Below are positions 34,879-39,410 of a stretch of DNA of 39,410 bases, in pieces; the first letter of the stretch is position 1, and each line of letters begins with the position of its first letter. A model generated the notes under the pieces. That model did no database searches. It saw only the letters and a program-made list of their open reading frames with translations, and had not been told where the DNA came from. Made by a program: the position numbers and the translations under genes. This DNA comes from an uncultured bacterium (GTDB taxonomy: Bacteria; Desulfobacterota_D; UBA1144; Nemesobacterales; UBA2774). The stretch lies in NCBI GenBank assembly GCA_902826595.1, contig CADEFK010000007.1, positions 1-39,410 on the forward strand, read 5' to 3'.

Positions 34879-35949
34879 TTAGTTGGCGGCGTTATCGGAC
34901 TGGCCGGCTTTTTCCTGCTCGATGAAGTACTTCACTGCGGCGCGGACGAATTTGCTCCTTTCGGCCTCGCCCAGGATACCCTTCAGGCTGTCGTAGACGC
35001 TCGGATCGATGAGGAGCGCCCCGAGCGTGCCTTCCCCTCCCCTGAGCATCTCCGATATCTCCCTGAAGTTAGACATCGTTTCTTTTAGCTCGGTAATCAC
35101 GCCGTCCTGTCCGTTCAGATTGGCGGTGGCGTTTTTCAGATTGGCCACTGTGGAGTTGATGTCGCTCGAGAGTTGTTTATTGTAAACGAGGGAATGCAGC
35201 ACCCCGTCCCCTTTGTCTATCTGGTTGAGCATGTTATCGAGCTTGGAAATTGCCTTATTGAGCTTTATAAGGGCGTTCTCCTCCGACTTACCCGACTTGT
35301 CCTTCTCCCCGTAAATCATCGTATTCAGGATCCCGTCGTTCTTCTCTATAGCCTCGAGGTTATTCTGGATGGCTTCGGAGCTCGCCCTCAGGGAGGCGAG
35401 GGTCTTGCTTATGTTATTGATGTTTTCCTCACGTCCGAACGCCTTGACTATCTTGTCGAGGCTCTCCGAGATGCTTATGATGTTCGCCAGCAAATCGCCT
35501 GACTGGCCGATTATGCTCGCGAACTCGATTGGGGTCTGGCTCTCGATCACGAGGGAATCGGGGAGCTTCGCCATCGGCTTCTCTACCCCCGGGATTACCT
35601 CGATGTACTTATCGCCAAGGAGGCCTTCCGTCCTGATGGTAGCCTTCGCATCCGGGTTGATCCTGCTCATCCCGTCCCTGTTGATCTTCATTGTCACCAT
35701 TATCACCTTATCGCCGACCGGGTTCGGGGTGAATTCTATGTCGGTGACGGCCCCTATCCTCACGCCCGACAGCCTGACGGCCGCGCCCTTTATAAGGCCT
35801 GCCGTGTTCGTAAAAGATGTGGTGAGGGTATAGCTCTTCTCGTAGAAACGCTGCTCACCCGTGAGGAAAAATAATATAAGGACGAACAAGCTCAGTGTTA
35901 TCAATACGAACAGGCCGACCCTAAAATTCAGTACTCTCTGATTCCTCAT
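34879..35949 (-). CDS. MlaD/MCE-domain protein with a long C-terminal helical region
   Basis: An N-terminal TM helix (VGLFVLITLSLFVLILFFL) is followed by the MCE domain (GLIKGAAVRLSGVRIGAVTDIEF) and about 200 aa of helical repeat-like sequence. Confidence 0.85.
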   Translation of the reverse strand: MRNQRVLNFRVGLFVLITLSLFVLILFFLTGEQRFYEKSYTLTTSFTNTAGLIKGAAVRLSGVRIGAVTDIEFTPNPVGDKVIMVTMKINRDGMSRINPDAKATIRTEGLLGDKYIEVIPGVEKPMAKLPDSLVIESQTPIEFASIIGQSGDLLANIISISESLDKIVKAFGREENINNISKTLASLRASSEAIQNNLEAIEKNDGILNTMIYGEKDKSGKSEENALIKLNKAISKLDNMLNQIDKGDGVLHSLVYNKQLSSDINSTVANLKNATANLNGQDGVITELKETMSNFREISEMLRGGEGTLGALLIDPSVYDSLKGILGEAERSKFVRAAVKYFIEQEKAGQSDNAAN

Positions 35950-36256
35950 GGACCCGATCTCCCGAGAACTAATTTAACCCGATTAAAGAGGCTGGCAATA
36001 TTGAATTAATTATAATCCGAATCAGGCTTATCCGTAGAATTATACGTCAGAAACGGAAAATTCTCAAAGCGCCGGCCCATCTGCGTTAGATTCACGCCGA
36101 TATATTACAAATCTCTTCCCCTGGTCTATTGGAATTTCGAGGCATTCCGCTACAATATTACTTTCTCCTGAGCTCGGGTATAACTAACTTGCCAAAATCG
36201 CGGATGGCTTCAGGGGGAGACGTTCCTAAAATCTCACCTTCTGCAGGAGTGTAAAG

Positions 36257-37819
36257 ATGAACAAGATACGGAGGGCCATAATAAGCGTTTCCGATAAAGA
36301 GGGGATAGGCAATTTCGCCAAGGGCCTCATGGAATTCAAAATTGAGATACTGTCGACCGGGGGCACCGCAAAAAGGCTCAGGGACGGCGGTATAGCAGTG
36401 ACGGACATATCGGAGTTTACCGGATCCCCGGAAATACTCGGGGGGAGGGTCAAAACGCTTCATCCGAAGATACACGGGGGGATTCTGGCGCTGAGGGGTG
36501 ACAAGACGCATGAACTCCAGATGAAGGAGAACGCAATAGAGCCTATAGATATGGTCATTGTCAACCTATACCCTTTCGAGGAAGTCATTAAAAATGAAAA
36601 AGTCGAGCTCAGCGAAGCGATCGAGAATATAGACATAGGCGGCCCCACCCTCCTCAGGGCTTCGGCCAAGAATTACGAGCACGTCACGCTAGTCACCGAC
36701 CCCGAGGACTATAAGGACCTGCTAAAAGAGCTCAAGAAAAATAAAGGCGCGATATCCCCGGAAACAAATTTCAGGCTCGCCGTAAAGGCGTTCTCATACG
36801 TTGCGCGATATGACGCCGCAATATCGAACTATCTGGGTGGGCTCGAAAAGGACGGCGGAAGAAATAAATTCCCGGCCGCCATCACCATGCACTTCGAAAA
36901 GAAAATGAAGTTGAGATACGGCGAGAACCCCCACCAGGAGGGATCTTTCTACGTACTGCCGGAAATTGACGAGCCCTGCATTTCTAATTCTGTTCAGCTT
37001 CAGGGAAAGGAGCTGTCCTTGAACAACATATATGATACGGACGCCGCTCTAGAGGCGGTAAAGGACTTTAAGGAGACCGCCTGCGTAATCGTCAAGCATA
37101 ATAACCCGTGCGGCGTCGCGACTGACGAGAGCGTAGTGGATGCGTTCCTCAAGGCAAAAGCATGCGACCCTGTAAGCGCTTTCGGCGGAATAGTGGCGTT
37201 TAACAAAGATGTGGACGAGGTAACGGCGTCGGAGCTCGCGAATATGTTCCTCGAAGTGGTTATTGCACCCGGTTATACGGAGAAGGCGCTCGAGGTACTG
37301 TCGAGCAAGGGGAACCTCCGTGTAATGAAGACGCCGCCCCTCAATATTAGCGTGAAGCCGGGTCTTGATTTCAAGAAGGTGGTAGGGGGGGCCCTGATTC
37401 AGGACAGGGACACGGGGGTGAACGACGATTTCAAGGAAATGAAGGTCGAAACCAAGCGTCAGCCCACCGATGAGGAGCTGGAAGCCATGAAATTCGCGTG
37501 GAAGGTTTGCAAGCACGTTAAATCAAACGCCATAGTCTTTGCCCGCAGCGGGCAGACCGTCGGTATCGGGGCGGGACAGATGAGCAGGGTCGATTCGGTC
37601 AAGATAGCCACATTTAAATCAACGATGCCAACGGCCGGGGCTGTTTTAGCCTCGGACGCATTTTTTCCATTCAGGGACGGCATAGACGAGGCGGCCAAGG
37701 CGGGGATTACCGCTATAGTACAGCCCGGCGGATCGATCAGGGATAGTGAAATAATCGCAGCCGCTGACGAGCACGGAATGGCGATGGTGTTCACGGGCGT
37801 AAGACATTTCAAACACTGA
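36257..37819 (+). CDS. purH: Bifunctional AICAR transformylase / IMP cyclohydrolase
   Basis: The product contains RAIISVSDKEGI, STGGTAK, VKTLHPKIHGGIL, VVNLYPF and C-terminal RHFKH. AGGAG lies 8 nt before the ATG. Confidence 0.95.
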   Translation: MNKIRRAIISVSDKEGIGNFAKGLMEFKIEILSTGGTAKRLRDGGIAVTDISEFTGSPEILGGRVKTLHPKIHGGILALRGDKTHELQMKENAIEPIDMVIVNLYPFEEVIKNEKVELSEAIENIDIGGPTLLRASAKNYEHVTLVTDPEDYKDLLKELKKNKGAISPETNFRLAVKAFSYVARYDAAISNYLGGLEKDGGRNKFPAAITMHFEKKMKLRYGENPHQEGSFYVLPEIDEPCISNSVQLQGKELSLNNIYDTDAALEAVKDFKETACVIVKHNNPCGVATDESVVDAFLKAKACDPVSAFGGIVAFNKDVDEVTASELANMFLEVVIAPGYTEKALEVLSSKGNLRVMKTPPLNISVKPGLDFKKVVGGALIQDRDTGVNDDFKEMKVETKRQPTDEELEAMKFAWKVCKHVKSNAIVFARSGQTVGIGAGQMSRVDSVKIATFKSTMPTAGAVLASDAFFPFRDGIDEAAKAGITAIVQPGGSIRDSEIIAAADEHGMAMVFTGVRHFKH

Positions 37820-37969
37820 GGTGGAACAGTGCCCAAACTTCACCCCGCATCCGACTGAAGATGAGGGTATTGTTCGAGCGGAGAACGCCGACAACGCCGC
37901 CTCAGATACCGCCCTATTAGACCGGTATTCATCCTATGATACTATAATGCCCCGACTGCATCCCCCGTG

Positions 37970-37978
37970 TGCTATAAT
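37970..37978 (+). promoter_or_regulatory. Candidate extended -10 element (TGcTATAAT) only 9 nt upstream of the ATG at 37988
   Basis: This is an exact TGnTATAAT match. No Shine-Dalgarno sequence lies between it and the ATG. A second TATAAT is at 37943-37948. Confidence 0.35.
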
Positions 37979-37987
37979 AAATTTTAA

Positions 37988-38578
37988 ATGAAACTGACTG
38001 TATTTTATGATTACATTTGTCCATTCTGCTACATAACCTCAAAGAACCTGGAAACGCTGTCAAACGAGCTCGAACTGGATATCGACTGGAAGGGCATAGA
38101 GATCCATCCGGAATATCCGGGAGAAGGCCAAAAGAGCAGCAAAACGCTTAAATCCCTTAAAACAGCCGAATCAATAAAAGGCGCGGCAAAAGAGAGCGGT
38201 ATGGAGATGCTGCTCCCCGGCTTCAGGACCAATTCCAGGCTAAGTCTCGAAGCTTCTGAATTCGCGAAGACGAGGGGCCGTTTCATGAGCTTTCACAAGC
38301 TCATATATGAAGCGTATTTTATGGAAAGAAAAAACATCGGGGAAATGGAGATAGTCCTTGAAGCGGGCGTAATGTCCGGGCTCGACCCCAAGGAGCTTGA
38401 GGAATGCCTCACCGGCCGGACGATGTTCCATAAAGTCGAGGAAAATAAAAAGGCCGCTCAATCGAACCTGGTGACAGGGGTACCGACTCTTATCATGGGT
38501 AATTTCCCCGTATACGGCAATCAATCTCCCGAAACATTGAGACTTCTAATAAAGAGGGCGATCGAAAGGTCTGCCTGA
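37988..38578 (+). CDS. DsbA-family thiol-disulfide oxidoreductase (FrnE/HCCA-isomerase-like), cytoplasmic
   Basis: The product begins MKLTVFYDYICPFCY (CPFC redox motif) with no signal peptide, and contains GVPT near the C-terminus. Confidence 0.8.
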   Translation: MKLTVFYDYICPFCYITSKNLETLSNELELDIDWKGIEIHPEYPGEGQKSSKTLKSLKTAESIKGAAKESGMEMLLPGFRTNSRLSLEASEFAKTRGRFMSFHKLIYEAYFMERKNIGEMEIVLEAGVMSGLDPKELEECLTGRTMFHKVEENKKAAQSNLVTGVPTLIMGNFPVYGNQSPETLRLLIKRAIERSA

Positions 38579-38621
38579 CATCGCTTGCAATCTTCCCCGC
38601 CCCATCCATCCCCCACCCCAC

Positions 38622-38671
38622 AAAAAAAACCCCTTCCCTTGCATGAGCAAGAGAAGGGGTTCAATTTTTTT
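38622..38671. terminator. Bidirectional intrinsic terminator between convergent genes
   Basis: An A8 tract precedes a stem that pairs AACCCCTTC (38628-38636) with GAAGGGGTT (38653-38661), followed by CAATTTTTTT. The element reads as a terminator on both strands. Confidence 0.65.
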
Positions 38672-38720
38672 AACATCAAGCCGAAGTCATGATAGCCCCC
38701 CGGCACCGATGCCTCAATTT

Positions 38721-39410
38721 CTATTTAAAGAACTGGTCAATGAAGATCATCAACCTGCCCTGTACCGCAAACGGGGTTTCACTGTAGCTAACACCGTCTG
38801 ACTCGACTTCGTTAGCATCGAGCGTGGCAATCGCCTGTGTTTCGAGGAGCTGATCCAAGCTGTCACCCGGGAATACTATACTGCCGATGAGGTCGAGGTT
38901 AACACCGGGATACATATGCCACGTGAAGGTGGCTTCAACTTCCGTACCCAAATAGGTCCCGAGGTCCTCAGCAATTAACCCAGCCCCGCCCCCACCAACA
39001 GCCGGGACAAAAGCATCCGACTCTTCGTTAAAGGCCACTACAACCTGCGGGGTGAAAGAAAGCTCGTCAATAAGCTTTACCGTACCCCAAACTCTGGCAT
39101 AGTACGCGTTAATAACGCTGCCCTCAGCCTGATAGATGTTCGGTATCATGTGCTTGAAGAGAAGGTTGTCGAGATTATAAGCCGGGTTAAAGAATATAAC
39201 GCCTCCCGTTATATCACCATCGTTGGGGTCATCGCCCTTCGACCATCCGAATTCCGCGGCGATTATCTTCATGGGCCATCCCGGATAAACTTCCGCGCGG
39301 GCCGCGAAGATAATGTTGGACGCGTTTATGTCGATATCGCCAACGCCTTCGATCTCAAGGGTACCCCAGGCTCCCTGCATTTCACCAACGAGCCTCCAGA
39401 GGTCCGTCTT
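38721..39410 (-). CDS. Partial (N-terminus beyond the window) putative outer-membrane beta-barrel protein
   Basis: The frame stays open to the window edge. The sequence shows an alternating amphipathic strand pattern with aromatic girdle residues (EVEATFTWHMYPGVNLDLIGSIVF, YYARVWGTVKLI) and ends ..FIDQFFK. No family was recognised with confidence. Confidence 0.45.
   Translation of the reverse strand, partial: KTDLWRLVGEMQGAWGTLEIEGVGDIDINASNIIFAARAEVYPGWPMKIIAAEFGWSKGDDPNDGDITGGVIFFNPAYNLDNLLFKHMIPNIYQAEGSVINAYYARVWGTVKLIDELSFTPQVVVAFNEESDAFVPAVGGGGAGLIAEDLGTYLGTEVEATFTWHMYPGVNLDLIGSIVFPGDSLDQLLETQAIATLDANEVESDGVSYSETPFAVQGRLMIFIDQFFK

Noticed and set aside
35950-36256. I looked for a ZTP (pfl) riboswitch or other purine-responsive leader in the roughly 300-bp region upstream of purH.
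   Set aside because: I searched by eye for the conserved 3' pfl element (CCGCCTGGGC-like) and its GGGTCGTGAC-like 5' partner and found neither. The region looks like an A/T-rich divergent promoter region. An Infernal scan would be needed for a definitive answer.
1-39410. I scanned the whole window for CRISPR arrays, long tandem or dispersed repeats, IS elements and defence-system hallmarks (nucleases, helicase-methylase pairs, toxin-antitoxin pairs).
   Set aside because: By eye I found no spaced direct repeats, terminal inverted repeats with a transposase, or defence-type domains. The window looks like core chromosome. A repeat finder or a DefenseFinder/PADLOC run would be needed for formal exclusion.

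Overview
This is a gene-dense (about 90% coding) chromosomal segment from a diderm (Gram-negative-type) bacterium. The envelope type is inferred from the MlaD/MCE protein, LapA-like protein, AnmK/NagZ/MurQ murein recycling genes and a beta-barrel-like partial ORF. Most of the content is ordinary housekeeping. It includes a FecCD/BtuCDF-type ABC importer operon (41-3673), an orphan fabH and an AEC-family transporter. A long plus-strand run follows: aroA-cmk-rpsA-sppA-HIT-lapA-like-lipA-apgM (7875-15727). After that come mazG, an M24 aminopeptidase, an A-type Fe-S carrier, an LLM flavin oxidoreductase, tRNA-Gly(CCC), purH and a cytoplasmic DsbA/FrnE-like protein. I found no CRISPR array, rRNA, integrase, transposase, toxin-antitoxin pair or recognisable defence genes. 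Two regions are less ordinary. (1) 21283-28415 is a same-strand five-gene cluster: an AccA-AccD fused carboxyltransferase in alpha-then-beta order, a UDP-galactopyranose-mutase-like flavoprotein with a C-terminal 2-TM tail, a stand-alone paralog of that tail, an MsbA/PglK-like ABC exporter, and a membrane-tailed GT2 glycosyltransferase. This is my best candidate for an uncharacterised envelope glycolipid/glycan module. (2) 28430-34686 is a minus-strand murQ-anmK-nagZ murein recycling cluster that carries a sodium:solute symporter instead of an AmpG- or PTS-type importer, followed by an orphan NuoI-like ferredoxin. Smaller oddities are an AEC transporter whose conserved N-terminus lies upstream of any canonical start codon, tandem substrate-binding proteins of which the first has no signal peptide, a Pro-rich micro-membrane protein with a duplicated DPFK motif, and possible leaderless starts. 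All functional calls come from reading the supplied translations against remembered family motifs. No database search was run, and I cannot claim a confirmed novel system.
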